Source of the DNA: a virus
IMG/VR virus record: IMGVR_UViG_3300045119_000205
Location: 4,462-68,461 of that record
Reading direction: 5' to 3' (one strand)
Length of the DNA stretch: 64,000 nt
Made by a program: the position numbers and the translations under genes. The notes beneath the pieces are model-generated. The model searched no databases, had not been told where the DNA came from, and saw only the letters and a program-made list of their open reading frames with translations. Positions 30,745-40,159 of this stretch are shown piece by piece. The stretch's first letter is position 1, and each line of letters opens with the position of its first letter.

Positions 30745-31252
30745 ACCGTTCCCACTCGTTCATGCGCTGCGCGTCAGGGTTGGCACGCCCGAGGATGTTG
30801 ATGGCGTGATGGCCATGGCGCTGAAGGCATCAGCCGAGAACAGCTTCGTGCAGCCATTGCCCGAGCGCCTGCTGGAGGAGATCTATCCGCCGCTATGCCT
30901 GGATCGTGGCATTGTCGGTATCATTGGCGGCATCGATGATCCTTATCAGGGCGCTATCGTTCTGCGCATTGGTAAGATGTGGTACAGTAATGAAGATGTG
31001 CTAGAGGAAAAGGCGGTGTTCGTGGACCCGGTGTATCGCGCCGCCAAGGGCGGAAGGGCGCGCCTGTTCTGCGAGTTCGCCAAGCGCGCGGCACTGGAAA
31101 TGAACCTGCCACTGCTGATCGGCGTGCTGTCCAACGACCGCACCGAGGCGAAGGTACGTCTATACGAGCGCCAGTTCGGCAAGCCCGCCGGGGCGTTTTT
31201 TCTCTGGAACGCCATGACGGCGTCGGCCAAGGCGGCACAAAATGGGCGGTAA
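30737..31252 (+). CDS. GNAT-fold tail assembly protein
   Basis: FVDPVYRAAKGGRARL, RLYERQFG; precedes the ejection genes. Confidence 0.6.
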   Translation: MIEPFPLVHALRVRVGTPEDVDGVMAMALKASAENSFVQPLPERLLEEIYPPLCLDRGIVGIIGGIDDPYQGAIVLRIGKMWYSNEDVLEEKAVFVDPVYRAAKGGRARLFCEFAKRAALEMNLPLLIGVLSNDRTEAKVRLYERQFGKPAGAFFLWNAMTASAKAAQNGR

Positions 31253-34200
31253 GAACACCAGTTCCTCCTCGACTATTTCGATCCCACCGGAGGTAATGGC
31301 TCGTTACAACTCCGTTAATGCCACGGCAGAGAACGCGGCCAAGACGCCGTTCCAGGCCTATTCGCAAGATCCGAATGCATTCGTTGCCGGTCTGACCGGA
31401 ACGCAGCAGGCGGGCATGAACAACACCAACGCCTATGCCGGGGCGGCGCAGCCCTATTTTGGCGCGGCGACGAATACGTTGAATCAGGCGCAGCAGAGCG
31501 CCACGCCCTGGATTGGCGCGTCAGGCAGCACCTTGGGCGGCGCTTACGGGCAGGCGCAGGGGCTGAACAGTCAGGCGGTGGGGCAATACTACAACGCCGC
31601 CAACAGCGCGCAGCCCTGGCTCTCGGCGGAAGGCGCCGGGTATCAGGGGGCGCAGCAGACCGGGTCAGCCTACAATCAAGCGGCCACCCAGGCCGTGCAG
31701 GGCGGGCTGGCGGCGGCCACGCCGTTCACCATGGCGGGCGCTCAGGCGGTCGATCCGGGGGCGCTGAACACCAACCAATACATGTCGCCCTACATGGGCA
31801 ACGTGGTGAACTCGCTGCTGAACGCGCAGCAGATGCAGAACGCGCAGCAGCAATCGGGGCTGAAGGGGGACGCCATCAAGGCGGGCGCCTTTGGCGGCGA
31901 CCGATCCGGCATCGCGCAGGCCAATCTTGGCTATACGCAGAACATGGCGAACCAGCAGCAACTGTCCAATGTGTTGCAGTCTGGCTACACCCAGGCACAG
32001 AACACGGCAGCGCAGCAACAGGGGCAGCAGCTTGCCGCGTCGCAGGCCAACCGCGCCGCGATGGCGAACACCGGCCAGCAGCTTTATTCGCAGATGACCG
32101 GCACCGGGCAGCAACTCGCCAATATCGGCAATCAGGCATACACCCAAGGCGCCCAGACGGCGCAGGGCTACGGCAATGTCGGCACCCAGACGGCGGGGCT
32201 GTACAACCAGCTTGCGCAAGGCCTGGGCACCACGGCACAGCAGGGCTTCCAGCAGGGCGCCACCACGGCGCAGCAGCAGGCGGCGCTGGGCCAGCAGATC
32301 TATGGCATGGGCGCCAACACCTCGCAGCAACTGGCCGCGCTGGGCACGGGCGCGCAGACGGCGGGATTGCAGGGCGCCCAGGCGCAGATGGCGGCCGGGC
32401 AGGTGGAGCAGCAGACCAATCAGGCCGGGAAATCGGCGCTCTACAACCAATACCTGCAAGAGCAGGCCTACCCGTTCCAGACCGCGCAGTTCCTCGCCAA
32501 CATCGCGGAGGGCACGGGCGCGCTGTCGGGTTCCACCACGCAGGGATCGACCTCCGCGCCGTTCTTCTCCGATGAGCGGCTGAAGGAAGACATCGAGCCG
32601 ATTGGCAAGATGTTCGACGGCACCAACGTCATCAAGTTCCGTTACAAGGGCGACCCCAACACGCATATCGGCCTGTCGGCGCAGGAGGTCGAGCATCGCC
32701 AGCCGCAGGCGGTCGGCCTGTCGGGCGGGTTCAAGACGGTCGATTACGACGAGGCAACCAAGCACGCGGCCGCACGCGGGCATTTTGCCGATGGCGGCAT
32801 GCCGGGCTGGCCCGCCGATGCGGGGCTGTCCCCCGCGAACTACACCAGTGGGGTAGACAAAGCCTTCGCCACCCTGCCCGCGTCGCCGGGGCCGGTCAGC
32901 GGCGGCATGACCCCCCTGACTACCAGCATGCCTTCCGTCCCCCAGCCTACCGTCTCCCAGCCCGCCGATTTCAGCAATCTGGTGACCTCCCGGCCGGTTA
33001 ATGCGAGCCTGCCGAGCATCTCTACCCTGACGGCGTTGCCAGCAGGCATGCGCGCACCCAAGGCGGTGCGCCCCGAGGACCCGGCCCCGGCCGCGAAGGC
33101 GCCTGAAGCGGCACCTGCGCCGCCGCCAAATTTGGATGCGCACGACAACTGGACCGGTGGCGAGGGCGGTGGCGGCAATGGCGGCGGCCAGCGCTACATG
33201 GGCGGGCTGGTGCGCGCCAGTGGCGGCCAAGCGGAAGCCGCCGACCCCCACGACTACCCCATCATGAAGGGCTGGCAGACTGGCCTGTATACCGGCAAGC
33301 GTGGCTATGTACCGATTGACGGCGCGCCGCCAGCGCGCAAGCTGCTGACGGCGGATCTGCCCAAGGCGCAGGACCCCGGTAAGGACACGCGCGAGGGCGT
33401 GGGCACCGCCAACGACCTCACCAAGCTCTACAAGAGCGGCAAGGACATCTGGGACGAGAAGGGCAAGGACCGGGCGCCCAACATTATTGGCGCCACCACC
33501 ACGCCGGGGGCATCCACCACGCCCGCGCCGGGCTTGGCGCCACCGCCGCCCGCCACGCCGTCCACGCCAGCGGTTGGAGGGGCGCCGACTGCGGACCCTA
33601 GCCTTTGGGACCAAGCGAGCGGTTGGGTCAGCGACAAGTACCACGACATGTTTGGCTACGCGCGCGGCGGGCTGGCCGAGGGCGGATACATGGATCAGCC
33701 CGGCATTGACGATCTGACCGACGGCGAGCGGAAGGCCCTGCTGGGGGCGCCCCCTGCCCCCGCAGCAGATCCGGGGGTTTTCGGCACCATCATGGGCATG
33801 CTGCCCGCCACCGGCTCCAGCGCCCGCAAGGCTCATGGCGGCCGCACCGGGCTGGCGGGCGGTGGCATGCCTTACGGCATCGATGATGGCGGCTACATGG
33901 GGCAGTCGGGAGTAACCGACGACAAGCATAAGACGCCGCACACCTTGCAGGTGGCGCCACTGCCCGCACAGCCATCTGGCGGGGGTGCCGGATCGACTCT
34001 CAGCACCGCCAACAGCGCGGTGAACCTGGGGAAGACCGGCAAGGACATCTACAATTCAGAATGGTTTGGCAAGAATATCCTGGGAAAGACGACACCCAGC
34101 ACCCCGGCCGCAGACGCGCCGGTAGCACCCGGCAGTGCGGCGCCCACCACGCCGGTCACATCGGAGCCGCTGGCCGCGCCACAAGGCGGCCTGGGGGGCG

Positions 34201-37037
34201 CTTCACCCCCCATGAACGCCGCACCGCTGCCCACGCCGCCGGAATATGTCCCGCCCCCGGTCGCGGAGGCTGGCGAAGTGCCGGGCGGGCTGGCGGGTGG
34301 GGCGCCTGCTGCCGCAGCGCCCGCGAGCGGGGCGGCTGGCAGCGCTGCGGCGTCGGCGGCAGGTGATGCCGCTGCGGCGGGCGCCACCGAGGCGGCCACG
34401 GCGGCAGCCACGACGGCAGGCACCGAGGCTGCGGCTGCGGCGGCTGCGGAGGCTGCGGCGGCGGCTGCGGCGGGATCTGCCACGGCGGCGGAAGTGGCGC
34501 CATTGCTTATCGCGCTGGTGAAGAGCGGCGGCTTCATTAAGGCCCGCAGGCGGCGCGCGCGGCGCGAGGGTGGCGGACTTTATGATCCTGACGCGGCAGA
34601 CCCAACTGATGAGTTTTCTCTGCCGCAGGGCGAAAATCGCCCGCCGCTTCCAGAGGCAGTGCCCCCGACCGATGAGTTTTCCTTGCCGCAGCGGGTAAGA
34701 GCGGCCGCCAGCAAGCCCGATTACGATATCAACCCGTGGGAACCCACGACGGATTTGAGCCACGCCACGCTGATGGAGGGCGCTACCACCCCGCTGCCCA
34801 AGTCTGAAGCGCAGATGAAGGGCCTGGGGGAAGCCCGTTTCCCGAGGCCGCGTGACGCCGCGCCGCTGAACCAAGACGAGCTTGAATACCAGTCCCGGTA
34901 TCGCGAATTGCCGCCCGCGATTCAATCGGCATCGGAGCCATACCCCGACAAGGGCAGCCCGAAAGGCGTGCCGCCGACAACGCTGCAAATGTGGCGGTCG
35001 GAGATCCCCCGCGATACGGACCCGTTGTGGAAAGCATGGCTGCAAAGAGTGCGCAACGAGCTTAACCCCCCGGAAAAGGGCGAGATACCCCCGCCGACGA
35101 ACACGGGGTCGCCGGGGCGCCCGACAGTCACGACCCCGCCGCCCGTGGCTACTACGGAGCGCCCGGCGTCTAGCAGAACCGACATTACGGTCAAGCCGCA
35201 GACGCATCCCGCCGAAACCACAGGCGCTACCACGCCAGCGTCCCGTGGCGCGCCTGCCGCGCCCAAGCCGGGGCTGGCGGGCAATGACAACGTGGCGGAC
35301 CTCTTGAACGAGCGCAGCCTGCAAGCGGAGCGTGCCGGGCTGGGCTACACGCCGGTTGGTGCCGGGTTCGACTACGCCAAGGGTGCGCCCTCCATCACCA
35401 CGCCCGGCCTGGGCGGCGGTACGGCGGTCGCGTCGAATACCTGGGGGCATCCCACGACACCGGGCGCCACGGTCGATGGGCAGCCCGCCTTCGCCATGGG
35501 CAGCAACACTTCCCAGAGCGCCCCGGTGCCTCCCGTGGATCAGCGCGTGGGGCGTATCACCACGGCGGACGGGTTCTCGCCGCAGGCACCCGCCCCTGCC
35601 CCACAGGCGCCTCCTGCGGCGCCCGCATCACCGCCTGGGGGACTGGCGCCGCCTCCCGCGTCACAGGCACCTGCTGCGGCACCTGCTGCGGCTCCCGCGC
35701 GGGGGTTGGCACCGCCTGCTCAGGCACCCGCACAGGCGCCGCAGGAGCAGGGCGGGGGCAACGAACGGCCGGGCTGGATCAGCCGCAATCAGGATTGGCT
35801 GATGCCGCTGCTCACCGGGCTTGGCACCATGGCGTCCTCGCCCAGCAGGTATCTGGGCAGCGCCGTCCTGCAAGGCATCGGCGGGGCCGCTGGCGCCTAT
35901 GAGAACGTGCAGGGACAGATGCAGGAGCGCGCCGCGCAGGCGGCCAAGACGCAGGCGCAGGAACAACAGACGCTCCAGAAATCGGTCTTCCAACTGCCTA
36001 ATGGCGAGTATGGGGTGTCAGTCATCGACCCCACCAACAACCGGCAGAGGCTTATCTCGCTGCGCGATTGGAAGGCCAACACCAGCGGCTTCATTCTGAC
36101 GGGGGAAAGGCCACCTCCCGGCAGCGACCTGACCATCACGCCGGTTGCGGCCCCTGGCGTGCCGCCCGTGGGCACTCCTGGCGCGGCGGCGGCGATCCCC
36201 AACAGCTTCAAGCCGCCGCAAGGCATGCCGCTATCCACTGGCGTGAACTACAGTTCGCGAGCGGATGGATATGCCGATCTGGATCGGGGCGCATGGGAAG
36301 ACTCCCCAAACAAAGAGGGGATGGTCAGGGCATCCAGCGCGAAATATGGCTCACTGATGGCTGACGCCGACGTGGCGCGTGGAACGCGGGCGACGATCAT
36401 GCCGCTTATCAGCACCATCGCGGCAGCCCCGCATGATGAAAATTTGTTTGTAAGAGCATTGAATGCGCCCGGCGCGTTAAAATCGCTCCGCACTGGTGTT
36501 TTGGAAAAACTGAACACCGGAGCCAGGATAATCGACCCCAGCACCAACGTGTATTTCGGGGAAGGTGACAGTCAGGCGCAGATAAGCGAAAAGCTGGCGA
36601 CATTGCGCGCCGCTGCGGGTGCGACCGATGCCGGGCAGCGCAGCTTTGCCAGCATGAACGCGCTCGCTCACGCATTTCCCACCCCCGGCATGAATCCCAA
36701 GGCGGCAACTGAACTCGCAGCCCAGGCTATTGTTTACAATCAGCGAGCGCTCGACTTGCAGGAATTTGCATCAAAGTACGGGCAGAGAAGCCAGCAGCAA
36801 TTCGGGCAGCATTTCGACCGGGCCTTTGACGAAGAAAACTCGCCGCAACGCTATATGCGCGATGTCGAGATTCTCAGGAACGCCATGCTCGATCCCGATT
36901 TCGCCAAGGGGTGGCAAAAGATTCAGGCGGGACACGCCAACGCCGCGCAGATCACCCGATATTTCGACAACATGCTTGGAGTGAAAGAGGGGCAGCCTTC
37001 CTACAACATGGGCCGGTATTTCGTGGGGGGACGGTGA
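31242..37037 (+). CDS. large DNA-ejection/internal virion protein with internal peptidase S74-like domain
   Basis: MGGK N-terminus, Gln/Ala-rich helices, SDERLKEDI...GLSAQEVE...VDY. Confidence 0.7.
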   Translation: MGGKNTSSSSTISIPPEVMARYNSVNATAENAAKTPFQAYSQDPNAFVAGLTGTQQAGMNNTNAYAGAAQPYFGAATNTLNQAQQSATPWIGASGSTLGGAYGQAQGLNSQAVGQYYNAANSAQPWLSAEGAGYQGAQQTGSAYNQAATQAVQGGLAAATPFTMAGAQAVDPGALNTNQYMSPYMGNVVNSLLNAQQMQNAQQQSGLKGDAIKAGAFGGDRSGIAQANLGYTQNMANQQQLSNVLQSGYTQAQNTAAQQQGQQLAASQANRAAMANTGQQLYSQMTGTGQQLANIGNQAYTQGAQTAQGYGNVGTQTAGLYNQLAQGLGTTAQQGFQQGATTAQQQAALGQQIYGMGANTSQQLAALGTGAQTAGLQGAQAQMAAGQVEQQTNQAGKSALYNQYLQEQAYPFQTAQFLANIAEGTGALSGSTTQGSTSAPFFSDERLKEDIEPIGKMFDGTNVIKFRYKGDPNTHIGLSAQEVEHRQPQAVGLSGGFKTVDYDEATKHAAARGHFADGGMPGWPADAGLSPANYTSGVDKAFATLPASPGPVSGGMTPLTTSMPSVPQPTVSQPADFSNLVTSRPVNASLPSISTLTALPAGMRAPKAVRPEDPAPAAKAPEAAPAPPPNLDAHDNWTGGEGGGGNGGGQRYMGGLVRASGGQAEAADPHDYPIMKGWQTGLYTGKRGYVPIDGAPPARKLLTADLPKAQDPGKDTREGVGTANDLTKLYKSGKDIWDEKGKDRAPNIIGATTTPGASTTPAPGLAPPPPATPSTPAVGGAPTADPSLWDQASGWVSDKYHDMFGYARGGLAEGGYMDQPGIDDLTDGERKALLGAPPAPAADPGVFGTIMGMLPATGSSARKAHGGRTGLAGGGMPYGIDDGGYMGQSGVTDDKHKTPHTLQVAPLPAQPSGGGAGSTLSTANSAVNLGKTGKDIYNSEWFGKNILGKTTPSTPAADAPVAPGSAAPTTPVTSEPLAAPQGGLGGASPPMNAAPLPTPPEYVPPPVAEAGEVPGGLAGGAPAAAAPASGAAGSAAASAAGDAAAAGATEAATAAATTAGTEAAAAAAAEAAAAAAAGSATAAEVAPLLIALVKSGGFIKARRRRARREGGGLYDPDAADPTDEFSLPQGENRPPLPEAVPPTDEFSLPQRVRAAASKPDYDINPWEPTTDLSHATLMEGATTPLPKSEAQMKGLGEARFPRPRDAAPLNQDELEYQSRYRELPPAIQSASEPYPDKGSPKGVPPTTLQMWRSEIPRDTDPLWKAWLQRVRNELNPPEKGEIPPPTNTGSPGRPTVTTPPPVATTERPASSRTDITVKPQTHPAETTGATTPASRGAPAAPKPGLAGNDNVADLLNERSLQAERAGLGYTPVGAGFDYAKGAPSITTPGLGGGTAVASNTWGHPTTPGATVDGQPAFAMGSNTSQSAPVPPVDQRVGRITTADGFSPQAPAPAPQAPPAAPASPPGGLAPPPASQAPAAAPAAAPARGLAPPAQAPAQAPQEQGGGNERPGWISRNQDWLMPLLTGLGTMASSPSRYLGSAVLQGIGGAAGAYENVQGQMQERAAQAAKTQAQEQQTLQKSVFQLPNGEYGVSVIDPTNNRQRLISLRDWKANTSGFILTGERPPPGSDLTITPVAAPGVPPVGTPGAAAAIPNSFKPPQGMPLSTGVNYSSRADGYADLDRGAWEDSPNKEGMVRASSAKYGSLMADADVARGTRATIMPLISTIAAAPHDENLFVRALNAPGALKSLRTGVLEKLNTGARIIDPSTNVYFGEGDSQAQISEKLATLRAAAGATDAGQRSFASMNALAHAFPTPGMNPKAATELAAQAIVYNQRALDLQEFASKYGQRSQQQFGQHFDRAFDEENSPQRYMRDVEILRNAMLDPDFAKGWQKIQAGHANAAQITRYFDNMLGVKEGQPSYNMGRYFVGGR

Positions 37038-37040
37038 CCC

Positions 37041-40000
37041 ATGGCAGACGATGATCCTTTTGCTGACGCCTATCCCCCCGACCGGCAACCGCCACCTGCT
37101 GCGGCGCCTGCCGCCGCGCCTGCGGTAGCGGAACAACCCGCGCGGCAGGGCGCTGCCGCCATTCCATCCACGTGGGGTGGGCCGACGACGGACACCCCGC
37201 CGCCTGTGGCGACCGAGGCCCCGGACCCTTTCGCTGACGCATATCCGCCAGGGCGCGGCCCCCCTGGCGCGGAGCGGCCACCAGCAGAGCCGCCGAAATC
37301 CAACGTGCCGCCCGCGCAGAAGCCCACCGCCGAGAAACCGGCGCCGCAGACGCAGCCGGGCTACAAGCCAACGGTGCCGGTGACCGATGACATGTCAACC
37401 GGCGACAAACTGTGGGCGGCGGTACATAACGCGCCCCACAGCCTGATGGACGCAGGCATGGGCGTGGCCGGGGCGGTGCTGCATCCCATCGATACCGCGA
37501 AGGGCATCTGGTCCTTTGGCCAGGGGCTGGTCGCCCTGGTGGATCAATACAACGGCAATAAGCTCACCCCCGAGCAGGAGAAAGCGCTAGAGCCAGTCAA
37601 GGCTTTCGGGAACGAGCTACTGGATAAATACAACGGCGACCCCAACCACATGCTGTCGGCTTTCGCCAACAACCCGGCATCGGTCCTGATGGACGTGGCA
37701 TCCGTCGCCAGCGCTGGCGAGTTAGGGCTGCTCAAGATCCCCGGCCTCGCCAGGATACCCGGCGCGGTCACGGCAGGGCGGACGCTGGGCGCCGTGGCGC
37801 GCGTGACCGACCCGTTCACCGCGCCCGTGGCGGCAGCCAAGGGGGTGCTGGGCGCCGTCGGCGTGGTCAATCGGGAAGCCGTCCCGGCAAGCCAGTTCCT
37901 GGGCCGCAACGGCAGGCTGACACAGGAAGCGGATACCGCCATCCGCAACGCGTCTAACGGGGCGGTGACGGCTGCCGACATTTCGGACCCCGCCGCCGCT
38001 GCGGCGATATTCGCGCGCGAGGGCAAGATATCTCCGGAGAGCGCGCGCACCGTCATCATGCAGTCCGCGCACCCCGACGTGGCGCCTTCGTTGCCCATCG
38101 TGGAGGGCAAGCTAAAAGACCCCACCATGTACAATCAGCTTCAGCGGGTCATGGAGAACAACGAGAAGCTGTTCAGCAGGGGGGTGGAAGACGTTGCGGG
38201 CGGATCGGCCCCCGAGCATGCCATGCTTGGCCGGGCCTTGGACGACGCGGCGACGCAAAGCCACAACGCGGTGCAGGCCAGATACGATCAGGTAGCGGCC
38301 ATGGGGCACAGCTTGGCCCCCGGCGCGCTGTCCATACATTTCCCCTCCAACACGGTACTGCCCGCCATCAGGACGAAGCTGGAGCAGGGCAATTTCCTGA
38401 CCGCAGGCGCCAGGGACCCATATATGGCGATGCGAACCGGCGCCTACCCGAGGACGGCTGAAGCCATCGACATCATCTCTAGGGGAATGCGAACCGGCGC
38501 CACGGCCGCCGGTAACGTGCCGCTGCGGGTGACCGAGCGCGTGCGCGGGCAACTGAACGATCTGTTCCACACCGCTACTGGCTCCGACCGGGCCGGGCTG
38601 CGGGCGGTGATCGACGGTTTTGACGAGACGGTAACGAACGCCGTTCGTGATCCCAATATGCTGCTGAACCGTACTGGCGCGAGAGCGAACCCCGCCGATG
38701 GCCCTGGTCTGGTGCAGATAATGACGGACGCCCGCGCCGCGAACAAGGCGCACATGGACACCTTTGCGCCCACCAGCAGGACCACCACCCAGCAGGGCGT
38801 ACAGATCGGCAACCACACCGGCCAGCTATTCAAGGCGCAGACGCCCACCGGCTCCAGGCTGCGCACGCCGTCAGCCGACGACACGATCTATGCGGCGACC
38901 GGCGCGGGAATGAATAAGAATTTGCTGGACACCAATAAGGGCGCGGCACTTTACGACAAGCTGAAAACAGCCTTGCAAGCGGGTGATCCGGCGGGCGCTG
39001 CGGCGCGCGTGCGGGATCTGAATACCAATATCAGGCAGAGCCTCGCGAAGCTGTCGCCCCAGGATTTTGCCGAGCATATGAAGCCCAACAAGCTGGCGTC
39101 CAAGGTATTCACGAACGAGGAGTTGTCGAAGCTTCGCCTGATCAATACGAGCCGTGGGTACCAGACCGCATTTACCAAGAAGCCAATCCCGCCCGTTAAG
39201 AAGCCTTCGCTATTCAACGCTCTGAACGAGCCGCTACAGCGCCGGATCATAGGAGGCCTGATAGGCCATGCCATGGCGCCTGGGGTGGGCGGACTGATTA
39301 CAGGCGCTGCCGCCGAGGGTCTAGCGGAGCATGCGCTTGTAAAAAGGCATGACTACAACAAGCTGTCTCGCATCCTGCGTGAGAAGGGCGCGACCCCGCC
39401 ACTGGGTCAAGGATGGTTGGCGCGCGGTTTAAAAGGGGCGGTCGGAGCGCCGCTCAACTATCGCCGCCCTCTGTTGCAGGCGAACAAGGTCGGCAACGCG
39501 ATGGGCGCCTATGGGGCGCCAGCCCAGGCGGCAGGCACGCAGGCGGGCGGCGATGTCGCGCCGATCCTGGCGACAATCAAAGCGCGTGAGAGTGCCGGGG
39601 AGAAAAACCCCTACACGGCGGTGAACCGGAGCGGCAAAAGCAGCGCGTCGGGTGCGTATCAATTCACCGACCGCACGTGGTACGACAAGACCCATCAATA
39701 CGGTATCGGCACGCAGTACGCGCGCGCCGCGCATGCGCCGCCTGCGGTGCAGGACAAGGTGGCCGAGCTATACACCAGGGAGTTGCTGCAACAGGCGCAT
39801 GGTGATGTCTCCAAGATCCCGCTGGCGTGGTTCACCGGCAACATGGCGGGCCAGTTCGGCCCTGGCGGGGCCGAGGCCAATCCCGGCATGTCGCCCTCGC
39901 GCTACCAGCAGCTTTGGCTAGCGGAATACGCCAAGCACGCCAAAGGCACCCGCACGGCCGCGACGGGCGGGCGGATCGAGCGCGCGGCCGGTGGTGGCGT

Positions 40001-40151
40001 CAAAGGCAAGACGCACGAGCAGCTTGTGCGACGCCTGATGGGGATGGCGGACACGGCGCGGCGCGAGGTCAACAAGAGCACCAAGCCCCTGCTGGACATG
40101 CATGACAACGCGGTGGCGCATGCGTTAGCTGTGGCCAACCGAGCGATTTAG
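37041..40151 (+). CDS. internal virion protein with C-terminal lysozyme/transglycosylase-like domain
   Basis: IKARES...SSASGAYQFTDRTW...APPAVQD. Confidence 0.7.
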   Translation: MADDDPFADAYPPDRQPPPAAAPAAAPAVAEQPARQGAAAIPSTWGGPTTDTPPPVATEAPDPFADAYPPGRGPPGAERPPAEPPKSNVPPAQKPTAEKPAPQTQPGYKPTVPVTDDMSTGDKLWAAVHNAPHSLMDAGMGVAGAVLHPIDTAKGIWSFGQGLVALVDQYNGNKLTPEQEKALEPVKAFGNELLDKYNGDPNHMLSAFANNPASVLMDVASVASAGELGLLKIPGLARIPGAVTAGRTLGAVARVTDPFTAPVAAAKGVLGAVGVVNREAVPASQFLGRNGRLTQEADTAIRNASNGAVTAADISDPAAAAAIFAREGKISPESARTVIMQSAHPDVAPSLPIVEGKLKDPTMYNQLQRVMENNEKLFSRGVEDVAGGSAPEHAMLGRALDDAATQSHNAVQARYDQVAAMGHSLAPGALSIHFPSNTVLPAIRTKLEQGNFLTAGARDPYMAMRTGAYPRTAEAIDIISRGMRTGATAAGNVPLRVTERVRGQLNDLFHTATGSDRAGLRAVIDGFDETVTNAVRDPNMLLNRTGARANPADGPGLVQIMTDARAANKAHMDTFAPTSRTTTQQGVQIGNHTGQLFKAQTPTGSRLRTPSADDTIYAATGAGMNKNLLDTNKGAALYDKLKTALQAGDPAGAAARVRDLNTNIRQSLAKLSPQDFAEHMKPNKLASKVFTNEELSKLRLINTSRGYQTAFTKKPIPPVKKPSLFNALNEPLQRRIIGGLIGHAMAPGVGGLITGAAAEGLAEHALVKRHDYNKLSRILREKGATPPLGQGWLARGLKGAVGAPLNYRRPLLQANKVGNAMGAYGAPAQAAGTQAGGDVAPILATIKARESAGEKNPYTAVNRSGKSSASGAYQFTDRTWYDKTHQYGIGTQYARAAHAPPAVQDKVAELYTRELLQQAHGDVSKIPLAWFTGNMAGQFGPGGAEANPGMSPSRYQQLWLAEYAKHAKGTRTAATGGRIERAAGGGVKGKTHEQLVRRLMGMADTARREVNKSTKPLLDMHDNAVAHALAVANRAI

Positions 40152-40159
40152 GAGCGGCC

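Noticed and set aside
34300-34500. GCN-rich tract as a microsatellite
   Set aside because: Encodes an in-frame poly-Ala region of the ejection protein.
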